The position numbers and the translations under genes were made by a program. A model generated the notes under the pieces. It was not told where the DNA came from, did no database searches, and saw nothing but the letters and a program-made list of their open reading frames with translations. Positions 17,150-29,059 of a stretch of 64,000 nt of DNA are shown piece after piece. This DNA is from Candidatus Parcubacteria bacterium (GTDB taxonomy: Bacteria; Patescibacteriota; Minisyncoccia; UBA6257; HR35): the NCBI GenBank assembly GCA_025999335.1, contig AP024681.1, positions 78,642 through 142,641 of the forward strand, read 5' to 3'. Positions within the stretch are counted from its first letter, which is position 1. The number at the start of each line of letters is the position of its first letter.

Positions 17150-19783
17150 TTATTTATATCTTAAGCAATATAAATCATTAATTTTATTAATAGTTTCTCG
17201 AGTTAGGTTACCTGAAGAGAATTTAAGATTATATTTTTTCTGAAAGTTAGCTAATTCTTTTTTCAATTGATAATCAAAACGCGGAGTTAATTTTAGTTTT
17301 GTTCCTTCAAATTTATTTAAAAATATTTTAATTTTTCTAAAACGTTGACCCTTAGACTCATTAGTAATATAAGGCTTACATATTTTTGGCGATTGAATAA
17401 TTTCAGCTAAAATTTGTTTTAAGTTTTCAGCAAATAATTGAACATCAAGAATAGTATTTTGTTGACGATAAAAAGGTTGTTGTCTAACATAACCAGAAGC
17501 TCTACTTCCTTCGTTGGTAGTTGTCGTTGCTGAAGAAATAATAATATATTCTATAGAATCAGTAGCTAGAGAGGATTCATTATTATAAATATCTAAAAAT
17601 ATCGCATAAACATTTTTAATTCCCTGGTTGCTATTACCTCCATAATTACTATCAGCTAAATCCCACAAAACTGTTGTTGCAAAAGTTATCGTGGCGTAAT
17701 TAACACCATTATTGCTAATTCTAACTTGCTTTGATGAAGTAGAGCTATCTAAATAGGTAGCAGTTAAGGTTAAAGTGACATTAGTTGATGTTGTTTGTGA
17801 ATTATTATTATTGATCACAACATTTGTTGATGTTACGGCTGGCAAAATAGTTATATTTTGAGTAGCACTAGCGTAAGGAAGCGCTGAAATTTTTAAAGAA
17901 TGTGCGCCAGCTTTGGTGTCTTTATAATAAAACGATGAAGTTGCTGTATTTATAATTGACAGCTGAGAAATAACAGTTGAGGTATTGCTGACAGAATAAA
18001 AACTACCATTCACTGAAGTAGATGTAAGATAAATTAATACTGATGTTGCTGGTTGAAAATTATTATTATAAAAATCTTTTAAAATAAAATCTATTTTATT
18101 AGAAAGATTACCGGCAATAACACTTTGTTCTGAAGAAGTAAAATTTAATTTTGAAAAACCAGGGAAAATAGCAAAAAATGGCCTTGGCAAGTTATTAACA
18201 GCAATAAAAGCACCACCTACAAACAAAAGTCTGTTATCAGGAACAATTTTTAAAACATTACCGCTAAAACTAGGATCAAAATAATTTATCAACGAACCAT
18301 CAGAAATATTTAATGCAGCAAAATAATTTTTAGTTGTTGAATTAATCTGCGTAAAAGCTCCTCCTGAATACAAAATTGAACCATCGGAAGAAAGAGCTAA
18401 AGCAAAAACAGTATTATTAGCATCAGCATTAAAAGAACTTACTAAAGAGCCATCAGAAGTGTTTAATGCAGCAATATAGTTTTTAGTTGTTGAATTAATC
18501 TGCGTAAAATATCCACCGATATACAAAATTGAACCATCAGAAGACAAAACTAAAGAACGAACAGTGTTATCAGCGCTAGCATTAAAAGAACTTACTAAAG
18601 AACCATCAGAAGTGTTTAATGCAGCAACATAGTTTTTAGTTATTGAGTTGACTTGAGTAAAATCTCCACCGATATACAAAATTGAACCATCAAAAGAAAG
18701 AGTTAAAGCAAAAACAGTGTTATTAGCATCAGCATTAAAAGAACTTACTAAAGAACCATCAGAGGTGTTTAATGCAGCAACATAGTTTTTAGTTGTTGAG
18801 TTGACTTGAGTAAAAGCTCCACCGATATATAAAGTTGAATTATCAGAAGAAAGGACTAAGGAATAAACAGAGCTATTAGCATCAGCATTAAAAGAACTTA
18901 CTAAAGAACCATCAGAAGTGTTTAATGCAGCAACATAGTTTTTAGTTGTTGAGTTGACTTGAGTAAAGTCTCCGCCGATATATAAAGTTGAATTATCAGA
19001 AGACAAAACTAAAGAACGGACAGCACTATTAGCATCAGCATTAAAAGAACTTACTAAAGAACCATCAGAAGTGTTTAATGCAGCAACATAGTTTTTAGTT
19101 GTTGAGTTGACTTGAGTAAACATACCTCCGATATATAAAATTGAACCATCAGAAGAAAGAGTTAAAGCAAAAACAGTGTTATTAGCATCAGCATTAAAAG
19201 AACTTACTAAAGAACCATCAGAGGTGTTTAATGCAGCAACATAGTTTTTAGTTGTTGAGTTGACTTGAGTAAACATACCTCCGATATATAAAATTGAACC
19301 ATCAGAAGAAAGGGCTAAAGCAAGAACAGTATTATTAACCATTGGTTTAAAATTATTATCCAAAGTCCCATCAGCTAAAATATGGATAACTCTTCCAACA
19401 GTTGTTGTGCCTACTAAATTAAAATTTCCAGCAATATAAAAACCTCCTGAATTATCAGGAACAACTGCATAAATAGTATCATTTATTCTTAAATTTCTTA
19501 AAGAAGTTGTTGGAATTAAAAGATTGCCACTCGTAGCACTAAATAAAGAACCTTTGCCAATATTTAAACCAACAAGATCAAAATCACCAGCAATATAAAG
19601 GTAATTATTCTCAATATCAGGAAATATATCGAAAACTACTGGATCTCCGAAAACATTACTCTTGCTCACTCCCCAAAATTCATAATGAGGATCATTATTA
19701 AAATAAATACTACCAGCGTAAATATAATTAGAAATCAAAAAAAATTGCGTTAAGAATATAAAAATATAAAAAAATCTATTCAT
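17150..19783 (-). CDS. Large secreted beta-propeller repeat protein with probable C-terminal peptidoglycan-binding-like domain
   Basis: Signal peptide; seven 51-aa repeats (LYIGGxFTQVN...); Ser/Thr-rich beta domains; C-terminal ANFQKKYNL..SGNLTRETINKIN. Confidence 0.85.
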   Translation of the reverse strand: MNRFFYIFIFLTQFFLISNYIYAGSIYFNNDPHYEFWGVSKSNVFGDPVVFDIFPDIENNYLYIAGDFDLVGLNIGKGSLFSATSGNLLIPTTSLRNLRINDTIYAVVPDNSGGFYIAGNFNLVGTTTVGRVIHILADGTLDNNFKPMVNNTVLALALSSDGSILYIGGMFTQVNSTTKNYVAALNTSDGSLVSSFNADANNTVFALTLSSDGSILYIGGMFTQVNSTTKNYVAALNTSDGSLVSSFNADANSAVRSLVLSSDNSTLYIGGDFTQVNSTTKNYVAALNTSDGSLVSSFNADANSSVYSLVLSSDNSTLYIGGAFTQVNSTTKNYVAALNTSDGSLVSSFNADANNTVFALTLSFDGSILYIGGDFTQVNSITKNYVAALNTSDGSLVSSFNASADNTVRSLVLSSDGSILYIGGYFTQINSTTKNYIAALNTSDGSLVSSFNADANNTVFALALSSDGSILYSGGAFTQINSTTKNYFAALNISDGSLINYFDPSFSGNVLKIVPDNRLLFVGGAFIAVNNLPRPFFAIFPGFSKLNFTSSEQSVIAGNLSNKIDFILKDFYNNNFQPATSVLIYLTSTSVNGSFYSVSNTSTVISQLSIINTATSSFYYKDTKAGAHSLKISALPYASATQNITILPAVTSTNVVINNNNSQTTSTNVTLTLTATYLDSSTSSKQVRISNNGVNYATITFATTVLWDLADSNYGGNSNQGIKNVYAIFLDIYNNESSLATDSIEYIIISSATTTTNEGSRASGYVRQQPFYRQQNTILDVQLFAENLKQILAEIIQSPKICKPYITNESKGQRFRKIKIFLNKFEGTKLKLTPRFDYQLKKELANFQKKYNLKFSSGNLTRETINKINDLYCLRYK
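18275..19340. repeat. Seven near-identical 153-bp coding tandem repeats
   Basis: Repeated GCATCAGCATTAAAAGAACTTACTAAAGAACCATCAGA at a 153-nt period; boundaries approximate. Confidence 0.95.
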
Positions 19784-19834
19784 AGATTCAACATCTTTTT
19801 AATTATAATTTTTTATTATACTATAATTACCTTT

Positions 19835-20083
19835 TTAAAAAAATTCTAAAATTTTTGCTTCATTATTAGCAAATTCTAAAATACAATCGTTATTTATATA
19901 AATTCTTTCTTCATTATTTTGAACCTTAATTTTTAAATAACCTTTTAATAAGATTGTCACCAACGGATGATGATTAGCTAAAATAGTAATTTCACCACTT
20001 TTTGTTTGACAGCTCAAACTTTCTACTTCTCGTTCAATAGCAACACCATCAATTTTAAAAATTTTCACAGTAAACCTGTTCAT
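19835..20083 (-). CDS. atpC: F1Fo ATP synthase epsilon subunit (N-terminal domain only)
   Basis: SGEITILANHHPLVT motif; directly after atpD. Confidence 0.9.
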   Translation of the reverse strand: MNRFTVKIFKIDGVAIEREVESLSCQTKSGEITILANHHPLVTILLKGYLKIKVQNNEERIYINNDCILEFANNEAKILEFF

Positions 20084-20087
20084 AATA

Positions 20088-21455
<1,368 letters not shown>

Positions 21456-21465
21456 TTAATCAATT

Positions 21466-22404
21466 TTAAATTATTAATGACCCACTTTTTGCTAAATCGA
21501 TTAATTCCTCAGTAATTTTTTGTTGTCTTAATTTATTATAGTAAATCAATTCTTTATTTTTTAAATTATTACTGTTTTCGTAAGCTCGACGCATAGTAAT
21601 TGTTCTTGTAAATTCTAAAGTAGCCTGTGATTCAAGAATAATTGCATAAATAATTAAAAACATTATTTTTTTTAAAATAAAATTAGCTAGGACTACATCA
21701 TTTGGTTCTAAGATATATTTAAAGCGTGAAGTAGAAAAACGATATTTATTTACAAAATCTTTTTTTAATTCTTGCAAAGTTGCTGAAGATAATATTTTTG
21801 TAGTTAAATTATCAAGGTTATAAATATTAAAAGGATAAACCTGCAATGGTTCAACAAAAAATCCTTTAGTTGTCATTTTAGAAAAAATAACAATAATTTT
21901 ATCAATTTTAGATTCTTCTATTAAATAATCCAAATAGTCAATTAACTCTAAAGCTAAGTCTCTTGCCAAAACATTTTCAATTTTTGTAAAAGAAAAAGCT
22001 AAAGAAAATTTTTTCTTTAAATATTTATCAGCTTTTTTGCCAATAGCACCAACAATAAATGATTGCTTTGTTTGTAAATTGGTTATTAATTTATCGGTTT
22101 CATTAAAAATCATTTGATCAAAAGAACCAGCTAAACCACGATCAGAAGCAATAACAATAATCAATGTTTTATTTGTTGAATGAGCACTAACAAAATTAGT
22201 AACTATCTTCCGCACCGAAGGATTGCGTCTTTGAATTTCAGCAAAGATTGAAAGACAATAAAAAACATTGATCATTATATTTTTTATTAAAGTATTAATC
22301 TTTTGAAATTTGACAGCGGACAATAAACTGATAGATTTCGTAATTTTCTGAAAATTATCTAAAAACTTAATTCTTTGTTTAGTCTTACGCAATGTTTTTC
22401 TCAT
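21466..22404 (-). CDS. atpG: F1Fo ATP synthase gamma subunit
   Basis: ASDRGLAGSF; YNKLRQQKITEEL; operon position. Confidence 0.95.
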   Translation of the reverse strand: MRKTLRKTKQRIKFLDNFQKITKSISLLSAVKFQKINTLIKNIMINVFYCLSIFAEIQRRNPSVRKIVTNFVSAHSTNKTLIIVIASDRGLAGSFDQMIFNETDKLITNLQTKQSFIVGAIGKKADKYLKKKFSLAFSFTKIENVLARDLALELIDYLDYLIEESKIDKIIVIFSKMTTKGFFVEPLQVYPFNIYNLDNLTTKILSSATLQELKKDFVNKYRFSTSRFKYILEPNDVVLANFILKKIMFLIIYAIILESQATLEFTRTITMRRAYENSNNLKNKELIYYNKLRQQKITEELIDLAKSGSLII

Positions 22405-23920
22405 TGTTTATAGTTAAAAAAGTGAAAAAATTCTGTAAAGCATTTTTAATAGCTATTTCAATATCATCAGTTAAATCTTTCACTTCTCTTATTTGCGCTA
22501 ATAAAGAAGAACAATCATTTTCAAGATAATCTATTAATTTTGATTCTACTAAACGAATATCCTGAAGATTAAAATCATCAAAATAACCATTTTGAACAGC
22601 ATACATTAAAATAGCTAATTTCTCGAAAGATAAAGGATGTAAATTATCTTGTTTTAATAATTCAAGAATTATTTTTCCTCTTAAAAGAATACGATGCATT
22701 TCTTGGGGAAGCTCAGTACTTAGTTGAGCAAAAGATTCTAATTCACGATATTGAGCTAAACTTAATTTCATCTTACCTGTAATTTTTTTAATAATTTTCG
22801 TTTGAGCCTTACTACCAACACGAGAAACTGATAAACCAATATTAATTGCTGGCCTAAAATTAGATTTAAACAACCCATTATCTAAATATATTTGTCCATC
22901 AGTTATTGAAATAAGATTAGTAGGAATATAAGCAGAGATGTCGCCTAATTGAGTTTCACATATAGGTAAAGCTGTCAAACTTCCTCCTTTGTTTAGTTTT
23001 GCAGCTCTTTCTAATAAACGAGAGTGAATATAAAAAATATCGCCAGGATAAGCTTCTCGGCCAACGGGTCTTTTTAAAAGTAATGATATTTCTCGCCAAG
23101 CCCAAGCATGTTTTGTTAAATCATCATAAATAACTAAAACATCTTTACCTTGATCCATAAAGTATTCACCAAGAGCACAACCAACATAAGGAGCTAAATA
23201 AAGTAAAGTTGGATAATCTTCTGAAGAAGTAGCAACAATAATGGTATAATCTAAAGCGCCTTCTTTTTTAAGAATTTCATAAAAACGTTTAATTTTAGAG
23301 AGTTTTTGACCAATAGCAACATAAATACAAACAGGCGTTTCAAAAACATCTTGTTTTTGATTTAAAATTACATCTAAAGCTATAGAAGTTTTGCCTGTTT
23401 GACGATCGCCTAAAATTAGTTCTCTTTGACCACGACCAATAGGAATAAGACTATCTATAATTTTGATACCTGTATGCAAAGGCACAGATACCGGCGATCT
23501 TTCTGTGACACTAGGAGCTGAACGCTCAATAGGATAAAAATTTGTAAATTCTATAGGCGATAAATTATCTAAAAAATCTCCCAAAGGATTAATCACTCTA
23601 CCCAGTAAACGCTCATCAACTCCTATGCTTGCTACCTGTTTAGTTCGGTAAACAATATCATTATGTTGCAGTAAGTCAAAATTATTTAAACAAACAGCGC
23701 CTATTAATGATTCTTCTAGATTCAAAGCTAAAAGTTTAATATTTAATTTTTCTTTTTTAACAACCAAAATTTCCATTGATTGAACTTCATTTAAACCATC
23801 GATCAAAACAACACCATCATTAAAAGCAATAACTTTACCAATATCATTTAACTCTGCTTTAATTTCCAAATTATCTATCGATTTTTTCAATTTTTCAATA
23901 ATAAACTTTATGTCATCCAT
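22385..23920 (-). CDS. atpA: F1Fo ATP synthase alpha subunit
   Basis: PIGRGQRELILGDRQTGKT, PVGREAYPGD, SVSRVG. Confidence 0.98.
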   Translation of the reverse strand: MDDIKFIIEKLKKSIDNLEIKAELNDIGKVIAFNDGVVLIDGLNEVQSMEILVVKKEKLNIKLLALNLEESLIGAVCLNNFDLLQHNDIVYRTKQVASIGVDERLLGRVINPLGDFLDNLSPIEFTNFYPIERSAPSVTERSPVSVPLHTGIKIIDSLIPIGRGQRELILGDRQTGKTSIALDVILNQKQDVFETPVCIYVAIGQKLSKIKRFYEILKKEGALDYTIIVATSSEDYPTLLYLAPYVGCALGEYFMDQGKDVLVIYDDLTKHAWAWREISLLLKRPVGREAYPGDIFYIHSRLLERAAKLNKGGSLTALPICETQLGDISAYIPTNLISITDGQIYLDNGLFKSNFRPAINIGLSVSRVGSKAQTKIIKKITGKMKLSLAQYRELESFAQLSTELPQEMHRILLRGKIILELLKQDNLHPLSFEKLAILMYAVQNGYFDDFNLQDIRLVESKLIDYLENDCSSLLAQIREVKDLTDDIEIAIKNALQNFFTFLTINNEKNIA

Positions 23921-24282
23921 TTTTTCAAAATATTAGATAAACTAAAATTTAATTCTAAATTGTTAGTACGAAAAATGCCTCCTAAAATTAAATCTTTATT
24001 TAAGACAAGATTATTAATTTCAATATCTTGCTTCAAGAAACTAGCTAATTTTTCTTTAATTAATTCAACACTTTCAGGATAACAATATTCAAGATCGCCA
24101 ACCAATATTCCCTGTTTTAATTTCCATTCAATCTCAAATTCTTTTAAAGCCTTTTTAAGTTCATATAATCTGCCGTTTAAATATACCCGACGTATAAAAT
24201 TATCTATAACTCGATCATTATCTTTGCTCAAGCTAATTAAATCATAAATTAATTTTTTAAAAATGATTTCAATTTTTCTCAT
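23908..24282 (-). CDS. atpH: F1Fo ATP synthase delta subunit (short)
   Basis: Position between atpF and atpA; NKDLILGGIF...FSL resembles the delta C-terminus. Confidence 0.75.
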   Translation of the reverse strand: MRKIEIIFKKLIYDLISLSKDNDRVIDNFIRRVYLNGRLYELKKALKEFEIEWKLKQGILVGDLEYCYPESVELIKEKLASFLKQDIEINNLVLNKDLILGGIFRTNNLELNFSLSNILKKWMT

Positions 24283-24754
24283 TAGATGAAAAAATTTCGT
24301 TCAAAAACTCACGATCTAATTTACTTTTAGTAAAAATTTTCTTCGCTAAATTCAAAAAAATATCAAAACTCTCTTGTTCTAAATTCTTTTGTAAGTTTGC
24401 CTTCAAAGCTAACTCTTCTTCTTTAATTTGATCAATCAATTTTTGTTTATGCTGAAGCATTTCCTTTTCAAGAGAAGCAAGTTTGCTATAACGCTCATTG
24501 TCAATTTCCTGTCTTAAGCGTTCTTTTTCTAAAAACATCTCTCTTTGCATCTTTTTCTTAAACAATAAAGCTTTTTTAATAATATGTTTAGCCTTATTTA
24601 CCTTTTTATACGCCTCTTCAATATCTTGTTTTCTTTTATTTAAAACATTTATTAAGGGTTGGCTAAAAAATTTATAAATAATAAAAAATAGAATTAAAAA
24701 ATTCAAGCTTTGCAATAATAAAATTTTATAATCCAAGCCTAAATTGCTAAACAT
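24269..24754 (-). CDS. atpF: F1Fo ATP synthase b subunit
   Basis: LGLDYKILLLQSLNFLIL...PL..VL.KRK..I, followed by coiled-coil. Confidence 0.9.
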   Translation of the reverse strand: MFSNLGLDYKILLLQSLNFLILFFIIYKFFSQPLINVLNKRKQDIEEAYKKVNKAKHIIKKALLFKKKMQREMFLEKERLRQEIDNERYSKLASLEKEMLQHKQKLIDQIKEEELALKANLQKNLEQESFDIFLNLAKKIFTKSKLDREFLNEIFSSNEKN

Positions 24755-24762
24755 TATATTTA

Positions 24763-24993
24763 CTAAGAACCTAATTTAACCAATAAAGCTACAACTAAAA
24801 CATAAATAGCGATTGCTTCTGCAAAGGCTAAACTCAAAATCATCGCTGTTTGAATTTTTGAATAGGCTTCAGGATTACGACCAACAGCTTTTAAAGCTTC
24901 AGAACCGATTTTGCCAATAGCTAATGAAGGACCTAAAATTCCTATTGCCATTATAAAACCAACAACTAAATTTTTGATTATTTCTACGTCCAT
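24763..24993 (-). CDS. atpE: F1Fo ATP synthase c subunit
   Basis: Helical hairpin with RNPEA loop and ion-binding Glu in FAEAIAIY. Confidence 0.97.
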   Translation of the reverse strand: MDVEIIKNLVVGFIMAIGILGPSLAIGKIGSEALKAVGRNPEAYSKIQTAMILSLAFAEAIAIYVLVVALLVKLGS

Positions 24994-24999
24994 TGTCGA

Positions 25000-25695
25000 T
25001 TAATGATTATCTTTTAATGCGACTCTTAAAAAAATAGTGGTTAAGGTAAAAAATATAAATGCTTGCACAAACCCAACAAATACTTCTAAAATAATAAAAG
25101 GCAAAGGAATGAATAAAGGTATTAAGGCAGAAATAACTAATAATAAAATTTCACCAGCGAAAACATTTCCAAATAAACGAAAGCTAAAAGATAAAATTTT
25201 GGATAATTCACTAACAAACTCTAAAAAACCAATGAAACCGATAAATTTTTTGATAAACTGTCTGCCTATTTTTATAATACATAAAACATTAATAAAAACA
25301 ATACTAATTATAGCTAAAGCTAAAGACATATTCAAGTCAGAATACACGCTTCGTAATAAATGCACTTTTTCATGATCTTTGACAATATATAAAGAATTAA
25401 CCAAAGGCAAAACTCCAAACCAGTTAGCAAAAATTATATAGATAAAAAATGTTAAACAAAATGAAAACAGGAAAATATTTTTTTCACCAAAAATGTTTAG
25501 CCAATAATTATATAATTTTTCGAAAATAATTTCTATTAAAATTTGCGGAGATTTTGGTATTAAGGCTATTTTTTTTCTTATAATTAAAAAACAAACACTA
25601 ATAATCATAACAACAATTAAAGAAGTTAAATAAGTATTAGTAATATTCAAGAATCTACCTAAACTAAAAATTTGCTCTGCTTTTAAAGTTGGCAT
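25000..25695 (-). CDS. atpB: F1Fo ATP synthase a subunit
   Basis: SFSFRLFGNVFAGE with essential Arg; VQAFIFFTL. Confidence 0.95.
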   Translation of the reverse strand: MPTLKAEQIFSLGRFLNITNTYLTSLIVVMIISVCFLIIRKKIALIPKSPQILIEIIFEKLYNYWLNIFGEKNIFLFSFCLTFFIYIIFANWFGVLPLVNSLYIVKDHEKVHLLRSVYSDLNMSLALAIISIVFINVLCIIKIGRQFIKKFIGFIGFLEFVSELSKILSFSFRLFGNVFAGEILLLVISALIPLFIPLPFIILEVFVGFVQAFIFFTLTTIFLRVALKDNH

Positions 25696-25811
25696 AACAA
25701 TTTTTTATGATTAACTAATTGATTCTTCTTTAATCTTATATTATACAATAAACTAATTCTCGCAAGCAGAAAAAATCTCTAATTGCCTTGGAGTTCAATA
25801 GTGTTTAAAAT

Positions 25812-26540
25812 TTATAAATATATTTTTAGTTTATCGATGTACTTACAAAAATCACAATCTTTATTCCCCAACGGTGGTTTTGATAATGATAAAACATTAA
25901 AAATATCAATTAAAACATTTTCAATCCATGCATCATTGCCTTCGTACGCTAATAATTTAACATCAAATTCTAATTTACCATCAAAATATTCTTTATTTTT
26001 TAAAGCATTGACATAAACAAAATACGCTGTCGAAGAAACATTAAAATTATTTTTTTTAAATAACCATTGATAAATTTCAACTTCGCGTTTATAGCTATCT
26101 TTATAGCCACCTCCTTCTAAACTAATTTCTTGAGAGGTGCTTGTAGCTTTATAATCAACAATATACAATCTATTATCTCTGTCAACCCAAACATCATCAA
26201 CTTTGCCATAAATTAAAAAATTACTACGTTTATCTAAATAGAATATGCCTCTATTACGCCATTCATCTATTTGTTTATGGTCGTAAGGCAATAAATCAAG
26301 TTTATATTGTTTCATTAAAGGATGTTGTTGATTTTTAAAACGATGGCTATCAAATTCTTTTTTTAAAAGAACATCAACAGCGTTATTAAGCGTAAAAGGA
26401 AAACCCGGCGGTCGAGTAATACCTAATTTAATATCAAAATAAAAACAACGCGGACATTCAATAAATAATTCTATCTTTGTTCGCGAAAGTTTATAATAAT
26501 TTTTAACTGAGTTTGAATTATCAAATAAATTTTTAGTCAT
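25812..26540 (-). CDS. PD-(D/E)XK nuclease family protein (RecB/AddB/Cas4-like)
   Basis: LSRTKIELFIECPRCFY; GKVDDV...IVDYKAT; EVEIYQ; C-terminal CDFC. Confidence 0.85.
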   Translation of the reverse strand: MTKNLFDNSNSVKNYYKLSRTKIELFIECPRCFYFDIKLGITRPPGFPFTLNNAVDVLLKKEFDSHRFKNQQHPLMKQYKLDLLPYDHKQIDEWRNRGIFYLDKRSNFLIYGKVDDVWVDRDNRLYIVDYKATSTSQEISLEGGGYKDSYKREVEIYQWLFKKNNFNVSSTAYFVYVNALKNKEYFDGKLEFDVKLLAYEGNDAWIENVLIDIFNVLSLSKPPLGNKDCDFCKYIDKLKIYL

Positions 26541-26736
26541 TTAGATATTTATCTCTTACTTGTTTAAATTTATTCTCTACTTTAGTCAATTCTTTTTTGC
26601 ATTTATCTATCAATTGAATGCCTAATTGAAATTTTTCTAAAGCTTCATCTAAATCAACATCATCTTGCTGAAACCATTGGCTTATTTCTTCTAATTGTTT
26701 ATAAGCTTCGTTAAAATTAAATTTTTTCTTTTTCAT
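26533..26736 (-). CDS. xseB: Exodeoxyribonuclease VII small subunit
   Basis: FNEAYKQLEEI...LDEALEKFQLG..L...C; follows xseA. Confidence 0.93.
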   Translation of the reverse strand: MKKKKFNFNEAYKQLEEISQWFQQDDVDLDEALEKFQLGIQLIDKCKKELTKVENKFKQVRDKYLND

Positions 26737-27925
26737 TATTATTAATAATTTTTCTAACCATTGATAATGCTTCGCCCTTATAAAATATATTTTTAATCAC
26801 TTGATTTTTCATCAACGACGAAGAGTTTTTTATTATTTTACCAGACATATCTTTGCTAATAGAATATCCCCTTTTTAATTGTAACTTAGGATTGGAAACA
26901 TTAATAATTTGAGTTAGTTGCGCTAACTTATCTTTTATTCTTTTTAAAAGTCCTGCAAAACTATAGATAAAAAAATCTTTTTGATGTTTTAATTTATTTT
27001 TATATTGCGTCATACCAAGTTTTGATAAATTTGCTTGCTGATAATATATGGCTTTTATAAAATAACGCAACTTTTCTTGAAAAGCATTAACAAAAAAATC
27101 TCTAAAAAAATTCAATCTATCTTCTAAAGAATCCCAATGAGCTCGCAAAAAACGCGCTGCGGCTGTTGGCGTTGAAGTATAAACATCAGCAACATAATCA
27201 GCCAAAGTCTTATCATCTTCATGGCCAATACCGGTCACAACAGGAATACGCGAAGAAAAAATAGCCTGAACAATTTCTTTTGTATTAAAAGGTTCTAAAC
27301 TTTCCCAATCGCCACCTCCTCTTATAATAACAATAACCTCAATCATTAAATTACTTTTGTTAAACCATTCAATAGCTTTAATAATTTCACCCAAAGCTGA
27401 AAATCCCTCAACTTTTACATCATAAAAATAGATTTCAAATCCATAGTTACCTAAATTTTTCATAAAATCATTAAAAGCTCCACGCGCTGATTTAGATGTA
27501 ATTAAGCCGATACGTCTTACAAAAGGACTAACTATTTTTTTATGCTCTTTATCAAAGTAACCTTGAGCAGCTAATTCTCTTTTTAATAATTCAAATTTTT
27601 TCTTTAAAGCACCCTCGCCAACAAAACTAATTCTTTTTACCTGAAATGTTAATTCCCCTCTATTTTTGCGCACTTCAGCGTAACCTTCAACCATCACTTC
27701 GACGCCAGGAACTAACAACATTGACATATCTTCCAAAATATTCCTCCACATAAAACACTTCAATAAAGATTTGTCTTGATCAAGCAAAGTAAAAAAAATA
27801 TAATTAGGATATTGATTAATCTTTTCACCAATTTCTCCTTTAATAATCACTTGCTGGCCAGTTAAAAATTTATTAATATTATCAATAAATTCAGAAACAG
27901 ATAAAATTCTTAAATTGCTAGTCAT
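26717..27925 (-). CDS. xseA: Exodeoxyribonuclease VII large subunit
   Basis: SVSEF; IRGGGD; PVVTGIGHEDD; TPTAAA; LKRGYS. Confidence 0.95.
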   Translation of the reverse strand: MTSNLRILSVSEFIDNINKFLTGQQVIIKGEIGEKINQYPNYIFFTLLDQDKSLLKCFMWRNILEDMSMLLVPGVEVMVEGYAEVRKNRGELTFQVKRISFVGEGALKKKFELLKRELAAQGYFDKEHKKIVSPFVRRIGLITSKSARGAFNDFMKNLGNYGFEIYFYDVKVEGFSALGEIIKAIEWFNKSNLMIEVIVIIRGGGDWESLEPFNTKEIVQAIFSSRIPVVTGIGHEDDKTLADYVADVYTSTPTAAARFLRAHWDSLEDRLNFFRDFFVNAFQEKLRYFIKAIYYQQANLSKLGMTQYKNKLKHQKDFFIYSFAGLLKRIKDKLAQLTQIINVSNPKLQLKRGYSISKDMSGKIIKNSSSLMKNQVIKNIFYKGEALSMVRKIINNNEKEKI

Positions 27926-27941
27926 TGGTATTAATAAAATG

Positions 27942-28859
27942 TTAAAGCCACTTTTTTAATTTAAAAATAACTATTGTTACTGTTACTAGTAAAAAATTAA
28001 TCAAATTTATATAATAAAAAGCATTCTTATGACTTTGCAAAGGCAATTCTATGTTCATTCCATATAAACTAAAAATAATTGTTGGAATAAAAAGTAAAAC
28101 TGTTAGAATAGTTAAATACTGTAAACGAGTATTAATAACACTGTTCATAATATTGACATAGCTGCTTTTAATTGATTGAACTCTTTTTAGGTTATATCTT
28201 AAAATTTCTATTAATTCTTGAACACTAATGCCTAAATCATCAACAATATTTTTTTCTTCTTGTAAAAAATCTAAGTATTCTCTATGCAAAATGTTTTCGT
28301 AAACTTTATTCATATAAGATAAAGTAGTCAGTAACGAGCTAAGCAATAATTCTTTGCGTGATATTTCAATAATTTTTTGATCGGTAAAATCAATAATATT
28401 TTCCTGAAAAAAATCAATTTCTTTAGCTATTTTGTTTATATACTTTCTGTATTCGCGATTAATCATTAAAAGAGATAACAGTAAAAATTTGGTTTTTTGA
28501 GTAGTATAAAAGTTAATTCGTTGATTAAGAAAAGGATTAAAAAAATAAGTTGCCTTACGAGATGCGGTTAAAATATAATCTTCAGCAACGACAAATAAAA
28601 TGGGATACATACTTAAAGAATCTTGATTGCTTAAAATACCACGAACAAAAAGATATAATTTGTTTTGAAATATTTCTAAACGCGGTAGTTCTAAGATATC
28701 GAAGCTATCCTTAAGCAAATTATGCGATATTTTTAATTTTTTGCTAATCGTTTCTAAGTCATCTAAATCGTCTTCATCAACTAAAATCCAACAACCTTTT
28801 TGCGGTTTATCTAAAAGAATCAATTTATTATCCTTCAAACGACGTAAATAAATCTTCAT
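27942..28859 (-). CDS. corA: CorA family Mg2+ transporter
   Basis: LTILTVLLFIPT..SLYGMNI (GMN motif); two C-terminal TMs. Confidence 0.9.
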   Translation of the reverse strand: MKIYLRRLKDNKLILLDKPQKGCWILVDEDDLDDLETISKKLKISHNLLKDSFDILELPRLEIFQNKLYLFVRGILSNQDSLSMYPILFVVAEDYILTASRKATYFFNPFLNQRINFYTTQKTKFLLLSLLMINREYRKYINKIAKEIDFFQENIIDFTDQKIIEISRKELLLSSLLTTLSYMNKVYENILHREYLDFLQEEKNIVDDLGISVQELIEILRYNLKRVQSIKSSYVNIMNSVINTRLQYLTILTVLLFIPTIIFSLYGMNIELPLQSHKNAFYYINLINFLLVTVTIVIFKLKKWL

Positions 28860-29059
28860 TGTTAATAAAAAAATTAATATTATATCTTATTTTAATAATA
28901 TCAAAGAATAAAGGAAAATCAATAAAGACACCGAAGTCAATTATTTGTCTGATATTAATTATAATCATATTTTGCTAAATAATCTTTAAATATTTTTATT
29001 AATAAAAATAAAAAACGAAAATTTATTTATAATTGCAATAGTGAAAATAATTTCAATAA

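Noticed and set aside
18275-19340. Possible CRISPR array
   Set aside because: 153-bp in-frame coding repeats with no unique spacers.
25812-26540. Cas4 indicating a CRISPR-Cas locus
   Set aside because: No cas1/cas2 or array in the window, and the Cys arrangement (2+2) differs from the 1+3 pattern of Cas4.
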